This document shows positions 39,389 through 50,272 of a DNA stretch of 64,000 nucleotides, one piece after another (positions within the stretch are counted from its first letter, which is position 1; each line of letters starts with the position of its first letter). The notes under the pieces were generated by a model. It ran no database searches. It had not been told where the DNA came from and saw nothing but the letters and a program-made list of their open reading frames with translations. The stretch lies in contig CAMCFB010000002.1 of NCBI GenBank assembly GCA_945874125.1, positions 517-64,516 of the forward strand. The letters run 5' to 3'. Source of the stretch: Verrucomicrobia subdivision 6 bacterium. GTDB lineage: Bacteria; Verrucomicrobiota; Verrucomicrobiia; Methylacidiphilales; Verrucolacustridaceae. A program made the translations under genes and the position numbers.

Positions 39389-40147
39389 TTAAGTCAACTC
39401 GAGTGGGATCTTTCCGCTACTCGCCACCAGGTGAATTTTCCCATTTGGCTCGGATGGGCCAATCGACACGACTCCTCCCGCCTCCGTCACCATCAAGGCC
39501 CCCGCAGCCACATCCCAAATACTGACCCCCTGCTCGATATACGCATCCAGCCGACCCGAAGCGACATAGGCTAAATCCAAGGCCGCCGACCCCATCGCCC
39601 GCAGTTTTCGGACCTTGTCCCCATAGAAATGATAAAGCTGAAGGCACTTTTCGATCGTCTTTTTCCCCTTGGAGAAACCCAATGCCAATATGGCCTCATC
39701 GAGTCGTTCGCGATTCGATACCTTGATGGGGGTGCCGTTGCAATCAGCGCCCCCACCTCGATGAGTTGAAAATAGTTCGTCTCGGTTTGGATCATAGATC
39801 GCCCCCGCTAAAACTTGTCCATCCAGCCGACAAGCAATCGAAACCGCATAGTGGGGGATGCCATAAAAAAGATTCATCGTGCCATCAATCGGATCGACCA
39901 CCCACTCATGTTGCCCCTCCGAGGCCTCCTCCCCCCCCTCCTCTCCCAGAAATCCATCCTCCCGATAAACCTGAGAAATCTCCTTTCGAATTTGATCCTG
40001 AATTCTTCGATCCAATTCGAGCTTCACATCATGCTGCTCCGACGAATCCACCAGCAGAACTTTGCCTTTCTCCGCCCGCAAGGTCATCCCTGCACTCTTG
40101 GCGACTCTTCTCGCCGCCGCTCGGCGCGCTTCGAGGCCGGAAGTCAC
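39389..40147 (-). CDS. suhB: inositol monophosphatase family protein
   Basis: GEE, WVVDPIDGT, GSAALDLAYVASGRLD, WDVAAG. Confidence 0.9.
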   Translation of the reverse strand: MTSGLEARRAAARRVAKSAGMTLRAEKGKVLLVDSSEQHDVKLELDRRIQDQIRKEISQVYREDGFLGEEGGEEASEGQHEWVVDPIDGTMNLFYGIPHYAVSIACRLDGQVLAGAIYDPNRDELFSTHRGGGADCNGTPIKVSNRERLDEAILALGFSKGKKTIEKCLQLYHFYGDKVRKLRAMGSAALDLAYVASGRLDAYIEQGVSIWDVAAGALMVTEAGGVVSIGPSEPNGKIHLVASSGKIPLELT

Positions 40148-43100
40148 CTAAGCTTCCGCTTGTGCAAATAGAGGGGTCTCATCCTCTCGCGTCAGTTGGA
40201 TCGACATCATGCGGGAAACCCCTGGCTCGATTGCCGTCACCCCATACAAAAGATCAGCGGAAGACATGGTCCGTTTATTATGAGTGATGACCAGAAACTG
40301 CGACTTTTCCACAAAACGCTCAATAATCTGGACAAAGCGAACCGTGTTGGATTCATCCAGTGGCGCATCCATCTCATCCAAAACGCAAAACGGACTAGGC
40401 TTAACCGAGTAAATTGCCAGCAGTAGCGCTAAAGCGGTCATCGCTTTCTCCCCACCAGAGAGCTGGGATATATTCTTCGGCTGCTTTCCTGGGGGTTGCG
40501 CCTCGATATCGATACCTCCCTCCAGGGCATCCTCACCCTCCGTCATCTTGACGGTAGCGCGACCACCACCAAAAAGCTCACCAAAGAGAGTCCCGAAACT
40601 AACCCGAACTTTATCAAACGTTTCCTCAAAAAGTAGACGCGTTGTCTGATTGATTTTTCGGATGGCCTCCTCAAGTTGCGCCTTAGCTGTGGTCAGATCC
40701 TTCTCCTCTGTCTCAAGAAACTTAAGACGATTTTCCAACTCTTCATACTCCGAGATGGCTTCCGTATTCACTGGCCCCATCTCATCCATTTTTTCCCGTA
40801 AAGCCTTGGCCTCATCCTCGAGCTTTCCCCACTCCTCTTCCGTCTGCGGAAGCCCATCCCCCTCCGATTTTGCCTCCATCAAGGGAGTTGCATACTCTCT
40901 CTGGAGTCGATCGGCTAACGATTGCCGTTGAAAATCGAGTTGCGAGCTTTTGACGGCCAGCTCGGCCAGGCGATCTTTCGCTTTTTCCCCCTCCTGCCTC
41001 CACCGTACCACTTCGCCCTCTTTCTCGGTTAAGAGGGAGACCTCATTCTCTCTCGCCTGCTTAAGCCCCGAAGTGGAAGCCTCGACCTCCTTGGCTCTCT
41101 GGCTGGCGACTTGCTGAGCTTGAGCTGAGGATTGGGATTCGGATCGGGCACTCTCCATTCGAGCCGTGTCAGAACTTATTTCCTCTCTTCGCTTCAGCAC
41201 GAGATCAGCTAACTCAATTCGGCGAGCCTCCGCCGGATGTAATTGAGCGGCACAGGAGTCTCTGCGCTGCTGCTGGGCTGACCTTTCAACCCTTCGATCC
41301 GTGAGAACATCATTCAACCTCAACTCCTCGGATTCGGCCTCTTGTCTGCGTTGCTCCGACCCCTTGATCTCTTCATCGAGAGCCTGCTCATCAGCCAAAT
41401 ACCTTGATGCTTCCGCATTTTTCTCCTGCGCAATTTTTTGATGAACGAGGATCTCTTGCTCGAGTCGTGTAGCCTCATCTTTTCGACGAGCCGTCTCTGA
41501 AGCCAAGCTACGAACCTGAGCCTCTTTACGGTCATACTCCCGCCGAATTTCGTCCAAGGATTGACGGATCTGTCTTTCATGACCCCTGGATGCCTCAAGA
41601 TTCTCCCTCCCCCTCTGAATGCGATCTCGAATCGATGTGACTAGGGTCGCAACCTCTGCCGTGACCTGATCGAGTCGAAGCACAAGTTCTCGTGCCGCCT
41701 CACACTCTTGCCGACCGGGGCGCGAATTTCGGGCTTTGCCACGACGTTGCCATCCTCGCGCACTGATCATCCTCCCATCGCGACAAATGATCGTAGCCTC
41801 GGGACGACTGGCCTGCAGAGCCTTCGCCTCCTCCCAAGAATCAACGATACAGATGCCCGCAAGAAGACGATTCAGTAGGGCCTGCCACTCGGGTGCCCCT
41901 TCGACAAAGTTCCACGCACCTTCGGTCCAATCGCTCATTCCTAAGGGAGAGATATCTTTCGACAGAAGAATTCCGGAGGCAACCCCTTCACCTTCCTCAA
42001 GCACTCGAGCCATCGACTCAATGTCATGGACCAATACGCCGTCCAAAACAGGTCCGAGAGCTAGCGAAATCGCGACTTCGTACCCTGGACGTACCCGGAG
42101 AGCAGGCCACAACGCTTCAGCACCTACTTCCCCTTTTTCCAATCCCACTTTTAAGCAAAGCTCGGCCTCTCCAGTCGATCGCTCCCGAATCGCCTCTTCT
42201 CGCGATCGAGCCATTGTCCTTTCCGATTCCGCTTCCGAGAGCTTTTTCTCCGCATCAACCAGATCCGACTCGGCCCGTCGTAACTCCTCCTCGGCAGTCT
42301 TCAGCCTGTCCCTTGCCTCAGGAAATAAGGCCTCCGCCTCCCCCAACCTGCGGAAAAGTTCCTCCAATCCAGCCCTCTCTCTTTGCTCCTCGATTTCTTT
42401 GGTAGAGATTTCAAGGCGAATCTTTTCAAGTGTCTCGCTGCGCTGACGAGTGTTTAACTCTTCTGCATTTGCACGGGCACGGGCCCCCTCCCCCTCCCGT
42501 CGGGCACTCTCGCGCTTCGATCGAATGAGCTCCATCTGCGCCACCGCCTCTTCCCTTTTGCGCCGCGCGACTGCCACCTGCTCCTGCGCCTCTTGGCATG
42601 CCTGTTCAGCTTGCTGAAAGTCCGAAGTAACTTTCTCCATTTCCGCCGTCAGGGATCGGATCAGGTCCTCCTGGGCGGAATTTTGTCTTTCCGCTAAAGC
42701 TATCTCCCCACGAGCACGCTCAATCGCTGCACCCAACTCCTCCGCCCGTTGCGCCTGCATACTCGCCCGCTCCCCGCATCGAACCTCCTCCGCCTGAGCC
42801 GCCACCACCTCTCGCTCCGCCTCCCGCCACGCCCGATCCGCATCTTCCAACTTCGTTCGTTGACCTCGAACCGCCTGCTCGCAGCTCGCTTCCGCCGATT
42901 GGGCGCGCTCGAAATCCGCTTTGGTTCCAGCTTGGGCACTAGAAAGTTCGTCAATTTTCAGCAGAAGCTGATCTCTCTGCCTGGCCGAAAGAGCCAGATC
43001 AAACCGTTTCAGTTTATCGAAAATTTCACGGTGCCGACGTGCTTTACCCGCTTGGCGTTGCAACGACCCTATCTGGCGACGAACTTCTCGTAAAATATCA

Positions 43101-43675
43101 GCCAGCCGAAGAAGGTTCGCCTCCGTTCCCTCAAGCTTTCTTTCCGCCTCTCTCTTCTGAACCTTGAAACGCATCACTCCTGCGGCTTCTTCAAAAATGG
43201 CCCGGCGATCCTCTGGCTTCGAGGAGAGAATCTGGTCGATCTTCCCCTGCTCCATGATCGAGTAAGCGGCCCGACCAATGCCAGTATCCAGAAAAAGCCT
43301 CTGAATATCCTTCAGCCGGCAGTCCACCCCATTGAGCGCGTACTCTCCCACCCCGTCACGAAATACTCTGCGAGTAATCTGGACCTCATGGTAATCAGTC
43401 CCTAAAATGGTTTCACAATCACTGAAAGTCAGAGTCACCTCCGCCATGCCACTGGCCTTACGACCTGCTGCTCCGTGGAAAATACAGTCCGCCATCTCCT
43501 GCCCACGCAAGGCCTTGGCCGACTGCTCCCCCAAAACCCAGCGGATTGAATCAAGAATATTGCTTTTCCCAGTGCCATTGGGCCCGACAATTGCCGTGAT
43601 GCCTTGGTGAAAATCTAAAACTGTCCGATCACAGAAGGATTTGAATCCCTCCATTTCAAGGCGTTTTAACTTCAT
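40148..43675 (-). CDS. smc: chromosome segregation protein SMC
   Basis: GFKSF, GPNGTGKSN, long coiled coils with hinge, LSGGEK, PFCVLDEMDAPLD, ITH. Confidence 0.97.
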   Translation of the reverse strand: MKLKRLEMEGFKSFCDRTVLDFHQGITAIVGPNGTGKSNILDSIRWVLGEQSAKALRGQEMADCIFHGAAGRKASGMAEVTLTFSDCETILGTDYHEVQITRRVFRDGVGEYALNGVDCRLKDIQRLFLDTGIGRAAYSIMEQGKIDQILSSKPEDRRAIFEEAAGVMRFKVQKREAERKLEGTEANLLRLADILREVRRQIGSLQRQAGKARRHREIFDKLKRFDLALSARQRDQLLLKIDELSSAQAGTKADFERAQSAEASCEQAVRGQRTKLEDADRAWREAEREVVAAQAEEVRCGERASMQAQRAEELGAAIERARGEIALAERQNSAQEDLIRSLTAEMEKVTSDFQQAEQACQEAQEQVAVARRKREEAVAQMELIRSKRESARREGEGARARANAEELNTRQRSETLEKIRLEISTKEIEEQRERAGLEELFRRLGEAEALFPEARDRLKTAEEELRRAESDLVDAEKKLSEAESERTMARSREEAIRERSTGEAELCLKVGLEKGEVGAEALWPALRVRPGYEVAISLALGPVLDGVLVHDIESMARVLEEGEGVASGILLSKDISPLGMSDWTEGAWNFVEGAPEWQALLNRLLAGICIVDSWEEAKALQASRPEATIICRDGRMISARGWQRRGKARNSRPGRQECEAARELVLRLDQVTAEVATLVTSIRDRIQRGRENLEASRGHERQIRQSLDEIRREYDRKEAQVRSLASETARRKDEATRLEQEILVHQKIAQEKNAEASRYLADEQALDEEIKGSEQRRQEAESEELRLNDVLTDRRVERSAQQQRRDSCAAQLHPAEARRIELADLVLKRREEISSDTARMESARSESQSSAQAQQVASQRAKEVEASTSGLKQARENEVSLLTEKEGEVVRWRQEGEKAKDRLAELAVKSSQLDFQRQSLADRLQREYATPLMEAKSEGDGLPQTEEEWGKLEDEAKALREKMDEMGPVNTEAISEYEELENRLKFLETEEKDLTTAKAQLEEAIRKINQTTRLLFEETFDKVRVSFGTLFGELFGGGRATVKMTEGEDALEGGIDIEAQPPGKQPKNISQLSGGEKAMTALALLLAIYSVKPSPFCVLDEMDAPLDESNTVRFVQIIERFVEKSQFLVITHNKRTMSSADLLYGVTAIEPGVSRMMSIQLTREDETPLFAQAEA

Positions 43676-43811
43676 TCCCTTCTATGCCTAGTCACAGCCC
43701 CTTTAACAGCAAGTAAATCCAATCCCTAGTGTGAATACTTTGTTATGTGTCTACATATAGAAAATATCCCTCTTGCTACACCCTCCGCATTTCGTCCATA
43801 AGTGAATCTAC

Positions 43812-45227
43812 ATGACCCCTGCCGGATCAAATCCAAAAGCTTTTCGGAAAGAGTCTGACTCCATGGGATCTGTCGATGTTCCGGCCGACCGATATTATGG
43901 TGCCCAAACCGCACGATCCCTCCACCACTTCGACATCGCCCATGACACGATGCCCGCCCCGCTCATCCACGCCTTCGGTCACTTAAAACGAGCCTGCGCT
44001 CTGGCCAATCAGGAGCTCGGCTTCCTCACAAAGGAAAAGGCAGATCTCATCGTCAAAGCCGCCGCTGAGGTCGCCGAGGGCAAACTGGACGACCACTTCC
44101 CGCTTCGCATTTGGCAAACCGGTAGCGGCACCCAGACCAACATGAATGTAAACGAGGTAATCTCCAACCGAGCCATTGAAATGGCTGGAGGAGTGCTGGG
44201 CTCAAAAAAGCCCGTCCACCCAAATGACGACGTGAACATGTCGCAATCTTCCAATGACACTTTTCCCACCGCCATGCACCTGGCCGCCGTATCCGAACTC
44301 AAAAAGACCCTTCTTCCTTCTGTCCGACAACTCCGCGATGCCATCGACAAAAAGGCGAAGGAGTTCAAGGATCTAATCAAAATCGGTCGAACCCACCTGA
44401 TGGATGCCGTCCCCATGACTTTAGGACAGGAGTTTTCCGGCTATGTCGCTCAACTGGATGCAGCCATGGCTCGGATCGAGGCAACTCTTCCCGAACTTTA
44501 TGAATTAGCGCTTGGTGGTACGGCTGTAGGGACAGGCCTCAATACTCATGTCCAATTCCCCGTTAAAGCGGCGGCTCACTTGGCTAAGTCCACCGGTTTT
44601 CCCTTTGTTTCCGCCAAAAACAAGTTTTACGCTCTCGCCACTCACGATCCTCTGGTGGCGGCCAGCGGAGCCCTTCGCTCTCTTTCGGTCGCCCTAATGA
44701 AAATTGCCAATGATATCCGGTGGCTCGGGTCAGGGCCTCGGGCTGGCCTCGCCGAACTTCAACTCCCCGAAAACGAGCCGGGCTCCTCCATTATGCCCGG
44801 CAAAGTGAACCCGACCCAATCGGAAGCGATGACGATGGTTTGCGCGCAAGTACATGGAAACGATTCCGCCATCGGATTTGCTGGTTCCCAGGGCAACTTT
44901 GAACTCAACGTATTCAAGCCGGTCATCATTCATAACTTTCTCCACTCCGCTCGGCTCTTGGCCGATTCTTGCCGCTGCTTTCGTGAGTTCTGCGTGGATG
45001 GAATCAAAGCCGACGCCGCCAAGCTCAAGGACTACACCAACCGCTCTCTTATGCTGGTGACCGCCCTCTCCCCTAAGATCGGCTACGACAAGGCGGCTGA
45101 GGTAGCAAAGAAGGCACATCATGAAAACTCCACCCTGAAAGAAGCCTGTCTCGCCCTCGGATATCTGAAAGCGGATGAATTTGACAAACTTGTCCGACCC
45201 GAGGAAATGCTCGGGCCCAAGCAGTGA
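43812..45227 (+). CDS. fumC: class II fumarate hydratase
   Basis: [36 protein letters not shown]. Confidence 0.98.
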   Translation: MTPAGSNPKAFRKESDSMGSVDVPADRYYGAQTARSLHHFDIAHDTMPAPLIHAFGHLKRACALANQELGFLTKEKADLIVKAAAEVAEGKLDDHFPLRIWQTGSGTQTNMNVNEVISNRAIEMAGGVLGSKKPVHPNDDVNMSQSSNDTFPTAMHLAAVSELKKTLLPSVRQLRDAIDKKAKEFKDLIKIGRTHLMDAVPMTLGQEFSGYVAQLDAAMARIEATLPELYELALGGTAVGTGLNTHVQFPVKAAAHLAKSTGFPFVSAKNKFYALATHDPLVAASGALRSLSVALMKIANDIRWLGSGPRAGLAELQLPENEPGSSIMPGKVNPTQSEAMTMVCAQVHGNDSAIGFAGSQGNFELNVFKPVIIHNFLHSARLLADSCRCFREFCVDGIKADAAKLKDYTNRSLMLVTALSPKIGYDKAAEVAKKAHHENSTLKEACLALGYLKADEFDKLVRPEEMLGPKQ

Positions 45228-45403
45228 ATTTGACCCAGTTTTCAGGCAGTTTTCTCACTTAAGAAACTTAACACCATCAGACGACGTTTATTTTAACGTA
45301 AATGCCTATATCGATATCGAAAAAAAGTATTTTTTACAGATAGTTATAACGTTAAAGCAGCTTTTTTGTTTGAATTTACAGGTCATTAACCAATAGTGAT
45401 CAT

Positions 45404-47545
45404 ATAACAACCACCGAACCGAACACCAAATCAGCGATTAACGTAGCGATTCTCGAGCAACTTGCTGCTGTTACTGGGGCATATTTTGACCTCGAGCGGT
45501 CTCGGCTTGCAATCCAGAACTCACTTCAAGCGTCCGAGAATCCCCTGAAACAGCTGGTCGGCGCATGTGCTGAAGTTTCTATGGTTGCTTCGCTCATTCG
45601 GATGCCACTCACTAATGCAATTTGGCAAGCGAACACGCACACTCCGGTCGTAATTTGGCACCCAAGTGAATCCCGTTGGGTAGTGATCACTTATGCTGGT
45701 CTTTTCACTCTTCGGTATTTGGATGGAACTGATCTTAAGTCTTATAAAACAATCGCGCGCTGGAACTTTACTCGCTGGCTCGGATTGACCAATTCTCATG
45801 ATGAAGTCGACGCAGCTGTTGTGCAGTTGGAACGTCCCGCCCATGGAATGAGTTCTCATGCTCACAGCGCGATGGGAGCGAATCCAGGTAGACGGTTTTT
45901 TGCCTTACTCAAAGCAGAAAAGAAAGACATCCATACCTTGCTAATTTTTTCAGTATTCTCCGGAATTCTGTACCTCGCCGCACCACTTGCCGTTGATGCG
46001 GTGGTAAGCAATCTGGCCTTTGGCGGTCAGTCTCAACCCTACATGCAAGCACTGGTCATACTCTCGATCGCGCTTTTTGCCTGTCTTGCTCTCCAAGGCG
46101 TAATTACGGCTTTTCAGTACTACATTGCTGACATCATCCAGCGACGCGTTTTTGTGCGTGCGGCCTCCGATATGGCTTATCGCCTTCCCCGAGTAAAAGC
46201 TGAGTCACTCGATGGAGTTTATGCACCAGAACTGGTCAATCGATTTCTCGATATTGTAATCGTTCAGAAGAGCACTGCTCTGCTGCTTTTGGATGGGGTG
46301 AATTTGGTCTTTAGTACGGTCATAGGGATGATTCTTTTATCCCTTTACCACCCCCTCCTTCTCTCTTTTGCTGCCGGACTTCTCGTTCTCATAATACTCG
46401 TGATCTGGTTATTCGGGCAGGGTGCCGTTGAAAGCAGTATTCGTGAATCGATGATGAAATACGACCTCGTGAACTGGTTTGAGGAAATTGCCCATTTCCC
46501 TTTTCTTTTTAAAGGACCCGGAGGGTATGCCCTCGCTTATGAACGCGCCAATGAGCTTGCGACAAGCTATCTCCACGCACGCGAAAAGCATTTTCGCATC
46601 TTAATGCGCCAGATTTCTGGATTGTTGACTCTACAGGTTTTTGCCGCTGCCATCCTCCTCGTCGTTGGCGGATATCTCGTGATCAGCCAGCAGATCACGT
46701 TAGGGCAGTTGGTGGCAAGTGAGTTAATTATGGCAACTATCGTCGGTGCCTTAGCGAAAATGGGGAAGAAACTTGAGGCCTGGTACGACGCCTTGGCTGC
46801 CATGAACAAGCTTGGCCATATCTTTGATCTAGATATCGAACGAGAGGACGGAGAAAAACAGGTTGATAAAAAAACTGGCGCCCATATCCAAGCGGAAGGC
46901 CTCACCTTCGGCTATGATCGTGCCCCCCTGTTTTCAGGCCTCAACTTCACCATCCTGCCAGGCTCTCGCACAGCCATCGTCGGTCCCCATGGTTCAGGAG
47001 GAAGCACTTTGCTGAATATTTTATTCGGCCTTCGCCAGCCTACCGCAGGATTTGTCAGGATCGATGGGCTCGACCTTCGCAACTGTTATCTAGAATCTCT
47101 GCGCGAAGGCGTGATGCTACTGAGGCGAGATGAAATCGTCGGCGGTACGATTATCGAGAACCTTCGACTTGGCAGCACGGGAATTGGGATGGATGAAATC
47201 CAGACTGCGTTGACCGAGGTAGGCCTGCTCGATGAGTTACTTCATCAACCAGAAGGGTTAAATCTCCAGCTTAAAATTGCTGGCGCTCCCCTCAGCGGAA
47301 ATCAAAGAACTCGCCTTCTTCTTGCACGTGCCCTAGTTCAGCGACCGAAACTGTTGCTTGTCGACGAGCTTTTTGATGGCTTGGACGCCGACTCGCTGGA
47401 TCAACTCTCTGCTTCTATTTTAGGAAAATCGCAAGAGTGGACAGTGGTTCTTACTACTCGGGATCATGATGTAACCCTCAAGTGCGACCAAATCATCCGG
47501 CTCGCAAACCGCCATCTAAGCAGCACTTCCTCCTCAAAAAAATGA
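45404..47545 (+). CDS. type I secretion-type ABC transporter (permease plus degenerate NBD); start uncertain (first ATG at 45581)
   Basis: TM domain with ITLGQLVASE; NBD with LSGNQ and LLLVDE; frame stays open upstream of 45581. Confidence 0.85.
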   Translation: MTTTEPNTKSAINVAILEQLAAVTGAYFDLERSRLAIQNSLQASENPLKQLVGACAEVSMVASLIRMPLTNAIWQANTHTPVVIWHPSESRWVVITYAGLFTLRYLDGTDLKSYKTIARWNFTRWLGLTNSHDEVDAAVVQLERPAHGMSSHAHSAMGANPGRRFFALLKAEKKDIHTLLIFSVFSGILYLAAPLAVDAVVSNLAFGGQSQPYMQALVILSIALFACLALQGVITAFQYYIADIIQRRVFVRAASDMAYRLPRVKAESLDGVYAPELVNRFLDIVIVQKSTALLLLDGVNLVFSTVIGMILLSLYHPLLLSFAAGLLVLIILVIWLFGQGAVESSIRESMMKYDLVNWFEEIAHFPFLFKGPGGYALAYERANELATSYLHAREKHFRILMRQISGLLTLQVFAAAILLVVGGYLVISQQITLGQLVASELIMATIVGALAKMGKKLEAWYDALAAMNKLGHIFDLDIEREDGEKQVDKKTGAHIQAEGLTFGYDRAPLFSGLNFTILPGSRTAIVGPHGSGGSTLLNILFGLRQPTAGFVRIDGLDLRNCYLESLREGVMLLRRDEIVGGTIIENLRLGSTGIGMDEIQTALTEVGLLDELLHQPEGLNLQLKIAGAPLSGNQRTRLLLARALVQRPKLLLVDELFDGLDADSLDQLSASILGKSQEWTVVLTTRDHDVTLKCDQIIRLANRHLSSTSSSKK

Positions 47546-48837
47546 CTTCTCCCACAACAAATTCAGCGCTTCCGGCTCTTGCTCTTGCTGCATCCGCTCG
47601 TTTTATCCTGTTTGTAACTCGGATTTTGCTTATCGGGTTTGGGTTATTGGTCTTTGCGCTCTGCTTTTTGCCTTGGCGACAATTTATTTCCGGAAACGGC
47701 AGGGTGATCGCCTTCGATCCTCTGGAACGCCGGATCAATATTGAGGCCCAGGTTTCCGGTCGGGTAAAGCACCTGCACGTCACCGAAGGGCAACGCGTCA
47801 AGATGGGCGACCTGATCATTGAGATTCAGGATAATGATCCAAATCTTGTCTCGAACTTAAAGGCCCAACGCGAAGCCATCGAGAGTCGCCGTGACTTCGC
47901 TTTAGGTCGCGTGGAATCACTCATTGCCCAGATCACTCAACAGGAAATGGCCAAACGGCAAGCCATCGATGGTGCCGAGCAGCGCGTTGCTATGGCGAAG
48001 ATTGCCTTCGAAACGGCCCTGCTGAATTTTACCCGTACACAGGAGCTTTATACCAAACAGTTGGAATCTCAGCGCAATTTGGAACTCGCCACGCTTTCGC
48101 GTGATTCGACCAGTGCCGAATGGAAATCTGCTGCCGCAGCACTGAAACGAACTGAGAATGATATGGACGCTTCTATTTCCGCTACTCATGCAGCCAAAGG
48201 CACTGCTTTGAGTGAGATGGCTACAGCCGAGCGGGATCTCTCAGTGCTCGATATTCAGATTAGCCAGAACGAACGGCAGATCGTTCTTTCTCCTCGAGAC
48301 GGTATCGTCCTGAATGTCGCCACCACGGATGGCACCTACCTACGCCCCGGCACACTCATCTGTGTTATTATACCTGAGACCGACAGTCGCTTCGCGGAGA
48401 TTTTGATCGATGGAAATGATATGCCTCTCATTCACTCGCGCAAAGATGGCCAACCTGGGAGCCCAGTCCGTCTGGCTTTTGAAGGATGGCCCGCCGTGCA
48501 GATGATCGGTTGGCCACAACTCGCCATCGGAACCTTTGGAGGTGAAGTCGTTTTTGTCGATGCCACAGACAACGGAGCAGGTAAATTTCGTGTCGTGGTT
48601 GGACCAGCGGATGACACAGTGAATCGACTGGATGGAAAGGGTCCCGTCACTGTCGGTTGGCCTGAAAAAGATCGGTGGCTTCGTCAAGGCACCCGGGTCA
48701 ATGCGTGGATATTGCTCAAACAGGTCCCACTTTGGTTTGAAGTTTGGCGCCAACTGAACGGCTTCCCTCCGGTGGTGAGCAATCAGGATGGGAAACTTGA
48801 TCCTACCAAAAAGAATGACAAATATGGCACTCCATAA
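47542..48837 (+). CDS. HlyD-family membrane fusion protein
   Basis: N-terminal TM, lipoyl-like SGRVKHLHVTEGQRVKMGD, coiled coil, VRLAFEGWPAVQ. Confidence 0.92.
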   Translation: MTSPTTNSALPALALAASARFILFVTRILLIGFGLLVFALCFLPWRQFISGNGRVIAFDPLERRINIEAQVSGRVKHLHVTEGQRVKMGDLIIEIQDNDPNLVSNLKAQREAIESRRDFALGRVESLIAQITQQEMAKRQAIDGAEQRVAMAKIAFETALLNFTRTQELYTKQLESQRNLELATLSRDSTSAEWKSAAAALKRTENDMDASISATHAAKGTALSEMATAERDLSVLDIQISQNERQIVLSPRDGIVLNVATTDGTYLRPGTLICVIIPETDSRFAEILIDGNDMPLIHSRKDGQPGSPVRLAFEGWPAVQMIGWPQLAIGTFGGEVVFVDATDNGAGKFRVVVGPADDTVNRLDGKGPVTVGWPEKDRWLRQGTRVNAWILLKQVPLWFEVWRQLNGFPPVVSNQDGKLDPTKKNDKYGTP

Positions 48838-50272
48838 CTCCAGGATAGTGTTGGTGGTACGGACGGCGTGGGTAGCGGCTTGGCTCTGGTTTCCCATCAC
48901 CTCATGGGGATCCGAAAAACCCCTACTTCTCCCGGAAGTCCTTGCGAGCGTTAAAAAGATGTATCCACCCTTTCTTGCCGCATTGATCGATCAAGACATC
49001 GCAAAAGGAAGAATTCGCCAGGCCTTGGGATCCTTTGACTTAAATCTGAATTCCGGAGGAGCCCAAAGTCTGGCTGGGCCCAACGATGGAGCCGCCGGCT
49101 ACGCTCTTCTCGACCAACCCTTACCTTTTTGGGGGGGGAGTGTATACGGGGGCTACACAAGCTATGCGGATTATTATCTGTTGAGCAGTGGCTACCTACC
49201 CAACTACAGAAAAAATAATTCCCTCGGCAATAGTGAGGGAGTGGGGGTGGTTGGAATGCGCATTCCTCTTCTCCGCGACGGTGTCATCGACGAGCGCCGT
49301 GCCAAGCTTTGGCAAGCTAAGATCGACCAAGAATTGGCAGATCCAGTTATATTACGCCAATATCTTGATTTCGTCCGTGCCGCGACGATCAGCTATTATA
49401 CTTGGGTTGCCAGCGGTCAACGACTCGCTTTGACAGAGGAATTGCTACGGATCGCTCAGGATCGCGATAGCGCCATCGCGGAGCAGGTAAAGTTCGGGGC
49501 AGCCGCCCCTATTGTTCAGGTGAATAACCAACAGCTGGTGGTCAGCCGAGAGATTGCCTTGGTCTTGGCGGAACGCAAATTTCAAGCCAGTGCAATTGAG
49601 CTTTCGCTTTTTTATCGCACGCTTGAAAACTCTCAGCCCATCATTGCTCAGCGAAAACGACTGCCAAAAGTGTTTCCTCCGCAACACCCAATAGACAAAA
49701 ACCGAATGACCTCCGACCTTGCCAAAGCCGTGTTTCAGCGACCAGAAATGCGACGAATCGATCTGATCCTGAAAAAAGCTGACATCGATCAAAAGCTCGC
49801 GAAAAACACCCTTCTACCCAATCTTGATATTGGCCTACTTGCAGCCCAACCCGCTTTTTATGGAGATACGGAACTCGAAGGTTTGGTACAGCTGAAAATG
49901 CCCTTACAACAACGGGAAGCCGAAGGTCGGGTCTTGGTGGCCGATTCGGCGATTTCCCGCTTGAATCTAGAAAAACAGTTTACCCGAGATCGGATTGTTG
50001 CGGATGTCCGGGATGCCTTTATTTCCGTGGACGCCGCCTATCAGGCTCTAATGAAGACTCGTCGCAATATCGATCTGGCCCGTCAGCTGGAGTCTGCCGA
50101 GCAAGAGCGGATGAAACTGGGCGCCACCGACATGCTAAATCTGCAGATTCGGGAGCAATTTGCTTTTGATGCAGAAGTAATGTGCGTTGAGGCCCAAGCC
50201 GACTACTTTCGTGCCCAAGCCAACTATGATGCTGCCGTTGTGGCGGATGCTCCCACCACCTTTGATAAGTAA
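48824..50272 (+). CDS. TolC-family outer membrane protein
   Basis: Signal peptide, IPLLRD, RPE, LLPNLD, MPL motifs of outer membrane factors; follows hlyD. Confidence 0.88.
   Translation: MALHNSRIVLVVRTAWVAAWLWFPITSWGSEKPLLLPEVLASVKKMYPPFLAALIDQDIAKGRIRQALGSFDLNLNSGGAQSLAGPNDGAAGYALLDQPLPFWGGSVYGGYTSYADYYLLSSGYLPNYRKNNSLGNSEGVGVVGMRIPLLRDGVIDERRAKLWQAKIDQELADPVILRQYLDFVRAATISYYTWVASGQRLALTEELLRIAQDRDSAIAEQVKFGAAAPIVQVNNQQLVVSREIALVLAERKFQASAIELSLFYRTLENSQPIIAQRKRLPKVFPPQHPIDKNRMTSDLAKAVFQRPEMRRIDLILKKADIDQKLAKNTLLPNLDIGLLAAQPAFYGDTELEGLVQLKMPLQQREAEGRVLVADSAISRLNLEKQFTRDRIVADVRDAFISVDAAYQALMKTRRNIDLARQLESAEQERMKLGATDMLNLQIREQFAFDAEVMCVEAQADYFRAQANYDAAVVADAPTTFDK

Noticed and set aside
49131-49138. 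G8 tract in tolC as a phase-variation site
   Set aside because: The frame is intact and similar G/C runs occur elsewhere (18763-18771, 39931-39938); no sign of slippage.
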